In this document: positions 19,489 through 29,281 of the stretch, piece after piece | Layout of the letters: every line of letters begins with the position of its first letter | Numbering within the stretch: position 1 is the stretch's first letter | Assembly (NCBI GenBank): GCA_964480955.1 | Contig: CAYZRW010000005.1 | Span: 26,279-90,278 of the forward strand | Reading direction: 5' to 3' | DNA length: 64,000 nucleotides | Source of the DNA: an uncultured Candidatus Bathyarchaeia archaeon | GTDB taxonomy: Archaea > Thermoproteota > Bathyarchaeia > 40CM-2-53-6 > RBG-13-38-9 | Position numbers and translations under genes: made by a program | The notes under the pieces: model-generated | What the model saw: the letters and a program-made list of their open reading frames with translations, nothing else | Database searches by the model: none | What the model was told of the DNA's origin: nothing

Positions 19489-19953
19489 CTATGGGGTGTG
19501 GAGCCCTAGGAGAAACTTTGCTTCGGTAGGCTTGATATAGTTCAGTATCTCATGAGGTTCGAAGAATATTCTGATCTCGCGTTCTGCATTGTTGACGCTG
19601 TCTGCCGCATGCACAATGTTCTGGGTTGTGTTTAACGCAAAATCGGCTCTGATGCTTCCTGGGTCGGCCTCTTGCGGGTCTGTAGCCCCTACCATTCTTC
19701 TGACTGAGCGTACCGCGTTGGGGCCCTCTACTACCATCACGACGATGGGAGTTGATGTGATTTGGTTGAGTAGCTTGGAGAAGAAATCCTTTGTCTTGTG
19801 CATTGAGTAGAGGTCTTCAGCTTGGGTCCTAGATATCTTCAGGAGTTTTATTGCAGCTATGTTTAGACCTTTTCTCTCGACCCTTGAGATAACCTCTCCA
19901 ATGAGTCCCCTCATAACTCCTTCAGGTTTGACGAGAACCAGGGTTCTCTCCAT
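19489..19953 (-). CDS. ndk: Nucleoside diphosphate kinase
   Basis: MERTLVLVKPEG, RGLIGEVISR, GATDP, PGSIRADF, NIVHAADS; ATG at 19953. Confidence 0.96.
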   Translation of the reverse strand: MERTLVLVKPEGVMRGLIGEVISRVERKGLNIAAIKLLKISRTQAEDLYSMHKTKDFFSKLLNQITSTPIVVMVVEGPNAVRSVRRMVGATDPQEADPGSIRADFALNTTQNIVHAADSVNNAEREIRIFFEPHEILNYIKPTEAKFLLGLHTP

Positions 19954-19969
19954 TTGGGGAACTCCTATG

Positions 19970-20158
19970 TTACTTTTCCTTGTGCATGTGGTGATGGGTC
20001 CACTTGAGTTTCCTTGGGTCTCTGCCAAGCTTGAGTTGGCTCTTTCTACATTTAGTTGAGCAGAAGTAGAGTATTCCTCCGTCGTTTCTTATGTAGGCGA
20101 CTCCTGAAGCCGGGGGATACTCTCTTCCGCAGAAAGAGCACTTGAATGTTCGGGGCAC
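19970..20158 (-). CDS. rpl24e: 50S ribosomal protein eL24
   Basis: KCSFCG...YFCSTKC...RDPRKLKWT. Confidence 0.96.
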   Translation of the reverse strand: MPRTFKCSFCGREYPPASGVAYIRNDGGILYFCSTKCRKSQLKLGRDPRKLKWTHHHMHKEK

Positions 20159-20171
20159 TTGGTATGCCTCT

Positions 20172-20411
20172 CTAACGGATCTTCTTCGCTTCTCTTTCGG
20201 TCTCTCTGAGCATTAACATGTCGCCGAGTCTTATTGGGCCTTTGGTGTTCCTTGTAATGATCCTACCCTTATCCCTGCCCTCAAGAATTCTGACCCTGAC
20301 TTGTATGACTTCGCCTGTCACTCCTGTTCTGCCAACGATCTGCGTCACCTCAGCAGGGGTTAAGACCTCCTCAACCCCTTCTTTTGCTGACCTCCCTGGA
20401 GCGCCGCTCAA
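20172..20411 (-). CDS. rps28e: 30S ribosomal protein eS28
   Basis: [40 protein letters not shown]. Confidence 0.96.
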   Translation of the reverse strand: MSGAPGRSAKEGVEEVLTPAEVTQIVGRTGVTGEVIQVRVRILEGRDKGRIITRNTKGPIRLGDMLMLRETEREAKKIR

Positions 20412-20797
20412 GTGCCTGTCGCACCGCCTTTCAGCAATCTCTCCGTAGCGCTGATAAGTCCCTTCACGGCTTCAGATGCTTCGCCTGGCTCTACTATTGA
20501 GATGGCTGCTGAGCCCACATCGATACCTGCTGATCTGCCGAGTTCGAGCTTGCTGGGAACGAATAGATAGGGAATCTTTCTTTCTTCACATAGTATTGGG
20601 AGGTGTGCCACCACTTGTGGTGGCTCAACGTCTTCGGCTATCAGCACCAGTTTGGCTACTCCCCTCTCAATAGCTTTAGTTGTCTCGTTTGTTCCCTTCT
20701 TGATCTTGCCGGTATCCTTTGCGACTTGTAATGCTTGAAAGGCCTTCTCGGCAATCTCTTTTGGTGTTTGAAACTTCACGTAGAATTGCTTTGGCAT
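20408..20797 (-). CDS. rpl7ae: 50S ribosomal protein eL8 (L7Ae)
   Basis: [40 protein letters not shown] at 20797. Confidence 0.97.
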   Translation of the reverse strand: MPKQFYVKFQTPKEIAEKAFQALQVAKDTGKIKKGTNETTKAIERGVAKLVLIAEDVEPPQVVAHLPILCEERKIPYLFVPSKLELGRSAGIDVGSAAISIVEPGEASEAVKGLISATERLLKGGATGT

Positions 20798-20980
20798 CCG
20801 TTTCGCCCTCATCTGCCATTTTTAGATAGAGTAGGACCTGAGCCTATTTTATCAACCTTTCGTTAAGAGACTAGTCGAAGAACTTCAGCCGCTAACCGTT
20901 CTCTCCATTATTGGGGTCGGCAGACGTGAATATCATAGCCTGACTTGGAGTGCTAAACCGCATCTACAGGCTCGATATTT

Positions 20981-22198
20981 CTAGGCTTCAGGCGCTCGGC
21001 CTTGAGTCTTTCGCTTAACGATATTTGCTATCTTGGTCTGTAGCCCCCAGAGCCCTATGAATCCTGTCGCCATCGACTGGTCAAAAGTTGTGGTGATGTC
21101 GTAGGTTGCCAGTTTACGATTATATAAGGACATAGGTGATGATCTGCCGACAACTTGGCAGTTTCCTTTGTAGAGTTTTATCCTGACTGTTCCGTTAACT
21201 CTCTCCTGGGTCTTATCAATGAAAGCTCCCAAGTCTTCCATTAGAGGATCCATCCACAGCCCTGAGTAGGCCGCTACTGTCCATTGGGCATCAACGAGTT
21301 GCTTGAAAGTGAGTTCATGGCGGGTCAAAACGCATTTCTCCAAGTCTCTGTGGGCTTCTATGAGGACTGTTGATGCTGGGCATTCATAGACTTCACGAGA
21401 CTTTATGCCTACCAAGCGGTCCTCAACGTGGTCTATGCGTCCGACACCGTTTCTCCCGGCCATACGGTTTAGTTTACTTATGAATGCAACTGGATTATCT
21501 TCTGAGCCGTCGATTGACTTAGGCATGCCCCTGTCAAATTCCAATGTCACGTACTCCGGTTTATTCGGACTCTTCTCCGGCGATACGGTCCACTCAAAAA
21601 TCTCTTCGGGCGGCTCTGCTGAGGGGTCTTCGAGAATTCCGCATTCAATAGACCGGCCGTAGAGATTTTGGTCAATACTGTAAGGGCTCTCTGGTTTGAC
21701 TGGTATGGGAATGTTACGCTGTCTGGCGTATTCGATTTCTTCCTCTCGTGAAAGTTTCCACTCTCTTATTGGGGCTATTATCTTCAGTTCTGGTGCTAGG
21801 GACGATATCGTCACGTCGAATCTGACTTGGTCATTACCCTTTCCTGTGCAGCCGTGTGCGACTGCCTCAGCCCCCTCCTTCCTAGCGATCTCCACGAGTT
21901 TGGATGCTATTAGGGGGCGGGAGAGTGCTGTTGATATCGGATACTTCCCTTGATATAGCGCGTTGGCCTTGACCGCCGGATACACGTAGCATCTGACAAA
22001 TTCCTCCTTAGCGTCTATCGAATAGTGTTTTGACGCTCCCACTCTTTCAGCACTCTCACGGATGTAGTCTAGGTTTTCGACCTGCCCTACATCGATAGTA
22101 ACGGTGATTACGTCACAATCATATTTCTCCATGATCCATCTTATGGCTACTGATGTGTCTAGTCCTCCGGAATAGGCTAAGACAACTTTGCTTCTCAT
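20981..22198 (-). CDS. argG: Argininosuccinate synthase
   Basis: LAYSGGLDTS, HGCTGKGNDQVRF, YSIDQN, GIKSREVYE. Confidence 0.97.
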   Translation of the reverse strand: MRSKVVLAYSGGLDTSVAIRWIMEKYDCDVITVTIDVGQVENLDYIRESAERVGASKHYSIDAKEEFVRCYVYPAVKANALYQGKYPISTALSRPLIASKLVEIARKEGAEAVAHGCTGKGNDQVRFDVTISSLAPELKIIAPIREWKLSREEEIEYARQRNIPIPVKPESPYSIDQNLYGRSIECGILEDPSAEPPEEIFEWTVSPEKSPNKPEYVTLEFDRGMPKSIDGSEDNPVAFISKLNRMAGRNGVGRIDHVEDRLVGIKSREVYECPASTVLIEAHRDLEKCVLTRHELTFKQLVDAQWTVAAYSGLWMDPLMEDLGAFIDKTQERVNGTVRIKLYKGNCQVVGRSSPMSLYNRKLATYDITTTFDQSMATGFIGLWGLQTKIANIVKRKTQGRAPEA

Positions 22199-22313
22199 TC
22201 CTGATTCTTCCTGAATGGATTGAGACCTACCCTACGGAGCTATAGTCACATGCTAGTCTTTCTTCAATTATCGTCTCTGTGACCTGGAAGCTATACTCTC
22301 TCGTTACATTTAG

Positions 22314-23174
22314 CTACTTCTTTAAGATGTTCAAGAGATGATCTATGATCCTTGCAGCAATATCGACGCCCGTAGCTGCTGCTGCGCCTCGAAACTCTAT
22401 CGTGGAGTTGACCTCATGCACAACCGGGCCATTCGGGCTCTCCATGGAATCCACAGCGAGAACGCCGCCCCCTACGGCTCTAGCAGCCTTTAGGGCGATC
22501 TCCTCCAGCTGATGTGTGATTGGACATTTTGTTGTTGTTGCACCAAGAGCAACATTGGTCCTCCAAGTGTCTGCGGGTGCGCTCCGATAGATGGCGACTA
22601 CGACTTCGTCACCCATCACGATCATTCTGATGTCTCTGGGCGGTCTCTTCACCATTTCTTGAATGTAGTGGATCTGAAGTAGTGAACTGCCCATCTGTTC
22701 TCTATGTTCGAGGATAGCCTCGGCCGTAGCTCGATCCTTTATAGGTGAGACCAGTCTGCCCCAGCTTCCTATGACTGGCTTTATCACAGCCGGATAGCCA
22801 ATCTTGTCAAGCACGTCTAGGGCAGCCTCGGGTGTAAATGTTACGTAGGTTTCTGGTGTCGGAACCTTGGCCTTGGCGAGCGCCAAGGATGTAAATAGCT
22901 TGTTGCCGCAGACCAGAGATGTATCGAACGAGTTTACTACTTGTAGACCATTTCTTTCGAGAACTGCAGTTATATGTAGTCCTCTGAAGTAGCTGATGCA
23001 CCTTTGGAGTACTACATCGCCGTAGGCTTCTGCATCGTACCGGGCGTTAAGATCGAAGCATATGTTCTTTGCGTCAATAAGGTTGGTTTGTATCCTTTTG
23101 CGTCTAGCGGCCTTGATGAGGGCTTTCTCTTCCCAGCGGGTGCGGTCAAAAACGATCGATAACTTCTTCGCCAA
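22314..23174 (-). CDS. argX: LysX/ArgX-family ATP-grasp ligase, ArgX-like (glutamate--LysW ligase)
   Basis: RWEEKAL, KPVIGSWGR, WRTNVALG and EFRGA signatures; between lysW copy and argG; TTG start at 23174 preferred. Confidence 0.8.
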   Translation of the reverse strand: MAKKLSIVFDRTRWEEKALIKAARRKRIQTNLIDAKNICFDLNARYDAEAYGDVVLQRCISYFRGLHITAVLERNGLQVVNSFDTSLVCGNKLFTSLALAKAKVPTPETYVTFTPEAALDVLDKIGYPAVIKPVIGSWGRLVSPIKDRATAEAILEHREQMGSSLLQIHYIQEMVKRPPRDIRMIVMGDEVVVAIYRSAPADTWRTNVALGATTTKCPITHQLEEIALKAARAVGGGVLAVDSMESPNGPVVHEVNSTIEFRGAAAATGVDIAARIIDHLLNILKK

Positions 23175-23184
23175 AGAGGGCTTT

Positions 23185-23358
23185 TCACTCTCCCCAGTCT
23201 TCACCCACGATCTCAGCAATCTTGAGGTTGCACTTTCCGTCCTTATCGAAGGACAGTTCAAATTCGAGGCCGCAGTCGGGGCAAGTGACTATTTCACCCT
23301 CAACGGCATCCTTGGGTATTGTAATCTCGCTGTCACACTCAGAACATCGGCACTTCAT
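23185..23358 (-). CDS. lysW: Amino-group carrier protein LysW/ArgW (copy 1)
   Basis: CSEC...GEIVTCPDCG...EDWGE C-terminus; ATG at 23358. Confidence 0.93.
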   Translation of the reverse strand: MKCRCSECDSEITIPKDAVEGEIVTCPDCGLEFELSFDKDGKCNLKIAEIVGEDWGE

Positions 23359-23459
23359 TCTGTTCTGGCTCTCAACTTGCAGAATTTTTTTGTGATTCTT
23401 GAATGCGTAGAGGACAATCAGCTTAAAAGACTTTCTTTTCCAGAATTTCGTTGGGTAAC

Positions 23460-23882
23460 TCACCATTGGCGTAGGATGATCATAGTATTTGTGTTCGAGA
23501 CTCCTTCCACGCCTCTTATTTCCTCAACACAATGATTAACCTCGGTAATGCTTGAGCCCGAGATTGTTACTGCGATATCATATTGGCCTGTAACTTCGTG
23601 GACTGTCTCAACACTTGGAATCTTGATGAGTTCTTGAGAGACTTTCGATGTGGGGTAGGCAGGATTTACTGAGAGTAGAGTTATTGCTCTTGCACCTGTC
23701 TTGAATCCGATCTGAATAGTGAATTTCTCTATGTCACCCGACTTTGTGAGTGTGCCGATCCTCTTTCGAACGGCGCCTTCGGATAGCCCAATCTTTCTGC
23801 CGATGTCAACATACGCCGCTCGTCCGTCCTCTTTCAGTATGCTTATTATCTTCCGGTCTATTTCGTCCAAGGTTACCGCCAA
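23460..23882 (-). CDS. lysM: Lrp/AsnC family regulator, LysM-like
   Basis: LDEIDRKIISIL...GLSEGAVRKRI HTH plus RAM domain (EVTGQYDI); inside lys/arg cluster. Confidence 0.85.
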   Translation of the reverse strand: MAVTLDEIDRKIISILKEDGRAAYVDIGRKIGLSEGAVRKRIGTLTKSGDIEKFTIQIGFKTGARAITLLSVNPAYPTSKVSQELIKIPSVETVHEVTGQYDIAVTISGSSITEVNHCVEEIRGVEGVSNTNTMIILRQW

Positions 23883-24096
23883 GTCGTTTGTCGATGTGCT
23901 GTGTCGACCCTGATTCTTGAAGGATTTGGCACCTCTATTCTTCAGATTTCGATATTGTATTGCGAGCTTTCCGAATTTAAACCTATCAGTTGCGGTTTTC
24001 GTATAATTTGGCGCCGAATGTGCAGGTAGTGGTCATTCCCTCCACCGAAATCTTTAATAGTGGTACGATATCTCAGTGAAGCAGTTGGTGGTAGTC

Positions 24097-24273
24097 TTGG
24101 AAGGTCACAAGTGCCCAGACTGTTCCGCTGAAGTGAAGATCCCAGAAGATTCTCTTGACGGCGAGATAGTCGTCTGCCCAGATTGTGGGCTAGAATTACA
24201 GGTCAAGAAGGACCAAACAGGAAAGGTCGAGCTTGGGCAAGTAACTAGACAGAAAGAAGATTGGGGTGAATGA
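24097..24273 (+). CDS. lysW: Amino-group carrier protein LysW (copy 2)
   Basis: CPDC...GEIVVCPDCG...EDWGE; TTG 24097 after GGTGG RBS (GTG 24076 is an alternative). Confidence 0.93.
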   Translation: MEGHKCPDCSAEVKIPEDSLDGEIVVCPDCGLELQVKKDQTGKVELGQVTRQKEDWGE

Positions 24274-25131
24274 TTGAATAGCTCCATCGGGATGCTCTAC
24301 GATCAAATAAGGCCCGAGGAGCGTCTCCTAATCGATGCTGCGAAAAGGAAGTCCTTAAGACTTCGACTACACAACTCCGAGGAACTTTACCTCAATGCGC
24401 TCGAAGTTGATCGTAGAGAAACCTTCGAAGACGTAGTCTTACAGAGATGCGTCAGCTACTTTCGGAGCATACACCTCACAGCACTGCTAGAAAGCAGAGG
24501 TGTAAGTGTAATAAACTCGTCAAGGATTGCCTCAATCTGCGGCAACAAACTATTGGCTACCATCGAACTTGCAGGAGCAAGGATTCCAACCCCTTCCACA
24601 ACAGTTGCCTTCAGCGTAGAGTCTGCACTCAAGGCCCTTTCCGAGATAGGATATCCGGCAATCCTCAAGCCAGTCATAGGAAGTTGGGGAAGACTTGTCG
24701 CCCCACTAAAGGACGCAGAATCAGCCAGAGCAATACTGGAAGACCGAGAGAATATGTTTCCGCTCTACCAAGTATACTATATTCAAGAGATGATCCAACG
24801 GCCGCCAAGAGACATACGTTGCTTCCTCATAGGCGACGAAGCTGTTGCGGCAATATATAGGTATGCTCCAAAAGATGAGTGGCGAACGAATACTGCAAGG
24901 GGTGGACGAGTGGAGTCATGCAAAATCACTCCCCAAATGGAGGAGCTTGCCTCGAAGGTTGCAAAAGTCTTCGGTGAAGGGGTGTACGGCGTCGATATGA
25001 TGGAGAGTGAGAGGGGTCTAACTGTACATGAAGTTAATTACACGACAGAATTTCGAAATAGCGTCCCAGTAACAGGCGTAGACATTCCAGGATTGATTCT
25101 GGACTTCGCAGGTAGAAAGGTGAGAAAGTAG
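24274..25131 (+). CDS. lysX: Alpha-aminoadipate--LysW ligase LysX
   Basis: KPVIGSWGR, WRTNTARGG and EFRNS signatures. Confidence 0.88.
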   Translation: MNSSIGMLYDQIRPEERLLIDAAKRKSLRLRLHNSEELYLNALEVDRRETFEDVVLQRCVSYFRSIHLTALLESRGVSVINSSRIASICGNKLLATIELAGARIPTPSTTVAFSVESALKALSEIGYPAILKPVIGSWGRLVAPLKDAESARAILEDRENMFPLYQVYYIQEMIQRPPRDIRCFLIGDEAVAAIYRYAPKDEWRTNTARGGRVESCKITPQMEELASKVAKVFGEGVYGVDMMESERGLTVHEVNYTTEFRNSVPVTGVDIPGLILDFAGRKVRK

Positions 25132-25132
25132 C

Positions 25133-26185
25133 TTGAAGGTTTCGATAATAGGTGGGTCAGGATACGCGGGTGGAGAATTGATACGAGAGTTACTTTTCCA
25201 TCCAAAAGTCGAGATTATCACGATCGTTTCTAGGAGCCACGTAGACGACTACGTGTTTCGAATTCATCCAAATCTGCGTGGATATACGCAGTTGAAATTT
25301 TCTCCTTTGAATCTGTCTAACATAACTTCAAATTCAGATCTCGTCTTTACAGCGATTCCACACGGAACATCAGCGGAGTACGTACCGAAACTCTTGGAGG
25401 CTGGTTTGAGAGTCATCGATCTAGGCGCAGACTTCAGACTGAAGGACCCTGCAGACTACCAGAAATGGTATGGGTGGACCCACCCACATCCGGAGCTTCT
25501 CAAAGAGGCTGTCTATGGGCTTCCGGAGCTTCATAGAGAAGAGATTAGAAACGCGAGACTCGTCGCATGCCCCGGATGCATGGCCACAGCAACAATTCTC
25601 GGACTTGCCCCGATCATTAAGGAACACGTCATAGAGCCTGAAAGAATAGTTGTGGATGCCAAGATAGGCTCCTCAGGAGCAGGGAATGTGCCGACCAAGG
25701 CTTCACACCATCCTGAACGCGCTAACGGTGTAAGACCCTACAAGACAGTTGGTCACAGACACATTCCAGAGATGGAGCAGGAGCTTTCACTCCTAACCAA
25801 TACCAAACCAGATATTTCCTTCTCCCCCCACGCCGTCCCGATGATCCGGGGAATCCTAGCAACAATACATACATTCCCAAAGAAACAACTCACGCCCCAA
25901 GACGTCTGGAAGATATACCGTTCAATGTATGGCCAAGAACCTTTCATTAGGCTTGTAAAAGATAGAAAAGGCCTCCACCAGCTACCAGACCCTAAAGTGA
26001 CCATGGGTTCAAACTTCTGTGACATTGGATTTGAACTTGACACTCACATCAACAGGATGGTTATTCTCAGCGCGATAGACAATCTTGTGAAGGGAGCTTC
26101 GGGGCAAGCTGTTCAATGCCTGAACATAATGCTTGGAGTCGATGAGAGAACCGCCATTTCAACCCCAACAGTCTATCCGGCGTGA
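25133..26185 (+). CDS. lysY: LysW-gamma-aminoadipyl/glutamyl-phosphate reductase (LysY/ArgC)
   Basis: GGSGYAGGEL, ADFRL, YGLPEL, PGCMAT, GSSGAG, DNLVKGASGQA. Confidence 0.93.
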   Translation: MKVSIIGGSGYAGGELIRELLFHPKVEIITIVSRSHVDDYVFRIHPNLRGYTQLKFSPLNLSNITSNSDLVFTAIPHGTSAEYVPKLLEAGLRVIDLGADFRLKDPADYQKWYGWTHPHPELLKEAVYGLPELHREEIRNARLVACPGCMATATILGLAPIIKEHVIEPERIVVDAKIGSSGAGNVPTKASHHPERANGVRPYKTVGHRHIPEMEQELSLLTNTKPDISFSPHAVPMIRGILATIHTFPKKQLTPQDVWKIYRSMYGQEPFIRLVKDRKGLHQLPDPKVTMGSNFCDIGFELDTHINRMVILSAIDNLVKGASGQAVQCLNIMLGVDERTAISTPTVYPA

Positions 26186-26191
26186 GAACCG

Positions 26192-26998
26192 ATGCTTCTG
26201 GTAGTCAAACTTGGAGGGAGCACGCTTGAGGAAGGCGTCTCAGATGAGTTTGTTCAAGATGTCAAGAAGGTTGCGGCAGACCATAACGTTGTGATCGTGC
26301 ATGGCGGAGGCGCCATAGTGACAGAGATAGCCAAGAGGCTGGGCAAAGAACAGAAGTTCATAGTCTCGCCAGAGGGTTTCAGAAGCAGATACACAGATCG
26401 AGAGACCGTAGAGATCTACACAATGGTCATGGCTGGGAAGACGAACAAAGAGATAGTGTTAGCCCTCCAACGTCAAGGTATAAACGCGGTCGGACTCTCA
26501 GGACTAGACGGGTCTTTAGCTATGGCTGAACGGAAGAAACAACTCGTAATAGTCGATGAAAGAGGAAGGAGAAGAATCATAGAAGGAGGATATACTGGCA
26601 AGATCAGCAAGATCAAAGTGGCTCTGCTCAAACTCCTAGTTGAGAACGGATATGTACTCGTCATTGCTCCAGTTGCCATTGGAACAGAGTACGAGCCCCT
26701 CAACACTGATGGAGACCGCATGGCCGCGAACATCGCAGGTTCACTCAAGGCTGACATGCTCATCCTGTTGACTGACGTTAAGGGAGTCGAGTTGGACGGC
26801 AAACTGGTTTCGAAGATGAATGTCCTAGAAGCAAAAGACGCCCTTCCAAGAATAGGACATGGAATGATAACGAAGATTTATGCTGCCATTGAGGCTATCG
26901 ACATAGGTGTGAAAAAAGTCACGATAGCTCCTGGACTAGAACCGTCGCCAGTCTCACTGTCTATTGAGCAGAAATGTGGCACTGTGATAGAGAGATGA
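26192..26998 (+). CDS. lysZ: LysW-aminoadipate/glutamate kinase (LysZ/ArgB)
   Basis: VVKLGGS, VHGGG, SPEGFRSRYTD, NTDGDR, LTDVKG, GMITK. Confidence 0.93.
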   Translation: MLLVVKLGGSTLEEGVSDEFVQDVKKVAADHNVVIVHGGGAIVTEIAKRLGKEQKFIVSPEGFRSRYTDRETVEIYTMVMAGKTNKEIVLALQRQGINAVGLSGLDGSLAMAERKKQLVIVDERGRRRIIEGGYTGKISKIKVALLKLLVENGYVLVIAPVAIGTEYEPLNTDGDRMAANIAGSLKADMLILLTDVKGVELDGKLVSKMNVLEAKDALPRIGHGMITKIYAAIEAIDIGVKKVTIAPGLEPSPVSLSIEQKCGTVIER

Positions 26999-28194
26999 AT
27001 GAAAAAGAAATAGTCGAGATCGAGCAGACCCACATGGCAAATGTCTACGCGAAGAAGGGCCTAGTCGTCATAAGAGGTCATGGCGCCAAGCTCTGGGACA
27101 TCAATAATCGCGAATACATAGACTGCATGGGTGCCTACGGCGTCTCAATAGTTGGGCACTGCCATCCAAAAGTCGTCGAGGCAATAAAACAGCAATCTGA
27201 AGTTCTCATATCCTGCCACGGATCATTATACAATGACTCCAGATCAAGACTTCTCGAAAAACTGGTCAAGATAACTCCCAAAGGCCTGGACAAAGCCTTC
27301 CTCACAAACAGCGGCGCCGAGGCAGTAGAATGTGCCATAAAACTGGCAAGAAAGCACTCTGGAAGGAAAGAGGTGATAGCTATGATGGGTGCCTTCCACG
27401 GAAAGACGATGGGCGCCCTCTCAGCCACATGGGACAAGAAATACCGCGAGCCCTTTCTGCCTTTGGTTCCAGGCTTCAAGCACGTACCATACGGGAACGC
27501 GGCCAAGCTCAGGGACGCCATAACCGCTGACACCGCAGCCATCATTCTTGAGCCTATCCAAGGTGAAGGGGGAGTGCGAATCCCCCCTGAAGGATACCTC
27601 AAGGAGGTTAAGGAGATCTGCGACGAGAAAGACATAATCATGATAGCGGATGAAGTCCAGACGGGCTTCGGCCGGACCGGCAAAGTGTTTGCCTGCGAAC
27701 ATTGGGGAACCATACCTGATGTTATCTGTCTCGCGAAGGCTGTAGGCGGAGGTTTACCCCTTGGAATAACAGTGGCGAGGCAGGACATCATGTCCTCCCT
27801 AAGGGTTGGTGAACACACAACAACTTTTGGAGGCAACCCACTAGTCTGTGCAGCAGCCTCAGCCGCTATTGACATACTGATATCAGAGAGACTGCCAGAG
27901 AGGGCAGCTGAACTTGGAGCCTACTTCATGAAGAAGCTAGAGAATCTGAGAACCGAGTACAATATCATACGTGAGGTTAGAGGACTAGGCTTGATGATAG
28001 GAGTCGAATCAAGATTCGACGTCTTCAATATCCTACAGAGGTTGATGGCGAGAGGAGTAATCGCACTAGATGCTGGAAGAAACATAATTCGTTTCCTTCC
28101 ACCGCTGGTCATATCGAAGGAGCAACTTGACACAGTTGCTGAATCCATGGACAAGTGCTTGGCTGAGGAGAGAAATGACCGCTTACGAAGTTGA
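26995..28194 (+). CDS. lysJ: LysW-lysine/ornithine aminotransferase (LysJ/ArgD)
   Basis: NSGAEA, FHGKT, EPIQGEGG, DEVQTGFGRTG, HTTTFGGNPL; ATGA overlap with lysZ. Confidence 0.93.
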   Translation: MNEKEIVEIEQTHMANVYAKKGLVVIRGHGAKLWDINNREYIDCMGAYGVSIVGHCHPKVVEAIKQQSEVLISCHGSLYNDSRSRLLEKLVKITPKGLDKAFLTNSGAEAVECAIKLARKHSGRKEVIAMMGAFHGKTMGALSATWDKKYREPFLPLVPGFKHVPYGNAAKLRDAITADTAAIILEPIQGEGGVRIPPEGYLKEVKEICDEKDIIMIADEVQTGFGRTGKVFACEHWGTIPDVICLAKAVGGGLPLGITVARQDIMSSLRVGEHTTTFGGNPLVCAAASAAIDILISERLPERAAELGAYFMKKLENLRTEYNIIREVRGLGLMIGVESRFDVFNILQRLMARGVIALDAGRNIIRFLPPLVISKEQLDTVAESMDKCLAEERNDRLRS

Positions 28195-29281
28195 ACTGCT
28201 GACTGAGATGCTCAGGCGATACAGCCCCAGCGGAGGAGAAGCGGCCCTCGCAGAATACGTCCGAGATGAACTGGAAAAGAACAATTTCGATGTACACGTT
28301 GACGATGCTGGAAACGTAATCGGTACGTATGGAAGCGAACAGCCAACCGTGCTCCTGTGTGGGCACATGGATACGGTGCCAGGAGAGTTGGAAGTCAGGC
28401 TTGAAGGAGACCTGCTCTATGGAAGAGGTGCTGTGGACGCGAAGGCCCCACTTGCAAGCATGATTGTGGGTGCTTCAAGGATTACTAAACCAAGAGGCAA
28501 GATTGTTCTTGCATGCTTGGTTGACGAGGAAGGTTGTGGAAAGGGGGTTAGGCAACTGATCAAGGATAAAGTCCAAGCGAACTATGCGATATTTGGAGAA
28601 CCGAGCAGGTCTTGGAATGTCACGATTGGTTACAAAGGAAGTCTGCATCTATGGTTGGAATGCACAACTTCTACGGGCCACTCTTCTTCACCTTGGCTCT
28701 TCAACAATGCCATCGAGAAGGCCTACGAGTTCTGGGAGGCAATAAGAGGACATCGCTTCGAAGAAGAGAAGACAGAGAGCCGCTTCTACTCAGTGACTTC
28801 CTGCCTGACTATGATGAAGGGAGGAGACTCTTCGAGCATGGTACCGTCACGATGCGAGGCGGAGATAGACATACGTACTCCCCCGCAACTCTCGCCTGAG
28901 GTAGTCTTTGGAGGACTCAAGAAACTCGCCGAGGAATTCGGCAGAGCCAATCCGGAGTTGAAAATCAAGCTGGACACTACCAGCATGGTTCCAGCCTACG
29001 AGGCTGGCTCCAGATCCCTCCTCGTCAAGGCTCTAACATACGCCATAAGAAAGGTTTGTCGGCAGACCCCAACCCTCCTGAGAAAGACAGGGACAGGGGA
29101 CATGAATGAACTCGGCTCAATATTGAGAGTACCGATGGTGTCCTATGGACCTGGAGACTCCCACCTTGACCACACGACGAATGAATGCGTCTCGGTATCG
29201 GAGTACCTGTCAAGTATCAGGGTCTACCAGGAAGCCATTCCCAGACTCTTCGACCTTCATCATTCTAACAGGTTAGGGTGA
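28175..29281 (+). CDS. lysK: LysW-lysine/ornithine hydrolase (LysK/ArgE, M20)
   Basis: YSPSGGE, GHMDTVPG, GRGAVDAK, DEE, GEPS, TGTGDMN, YGPGDSHLDHT. Confidence 0.92.
   Translation: MTAYEVELLTEMLRRYSPSGGEAALAEYVRDELEKNNFDVHVDDAGNVIGTYGSEQPTVLLCGHMDTVPGELEVRLEGDLLYGRGAVDAKAPLASMIVGASRITKPRGKIVLACLVDEEGCGKGVRQLIKDKVQANYAIFGEPSRSWNVTIGYKGSLHLWLECTTSTGHSSSPWLFNNAIEKAYEFWEAIRGHRFEEEKTESRFYSVTSCLTMMKGGDSSSMVPSRCEAEIDIRTPPQLSPEVVFGGLKKLAEEFGRANPELKIKLDTTSMVPAYEAGSRSLLVKALTYAIRKVCRQTPTLLRKTGTGDMNELGSILRVPMVSYGPGDSHLDHTTNECVSVSEYLSSIRVYQEAIPRLFDLHHSNRLG

Noticed and set aside
23359..23466. Long N-terminal extension of LysW copy 1
   Set aside because: LysW proteins are about 55 aa and this stretch contains a promoter-like TTTTAAG box.
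27135..27875. 246-aa antisense ORF and the many similar shadow ORFs
   Set aside because: They lie opposite well-supported genes and have no recognisable motifs.
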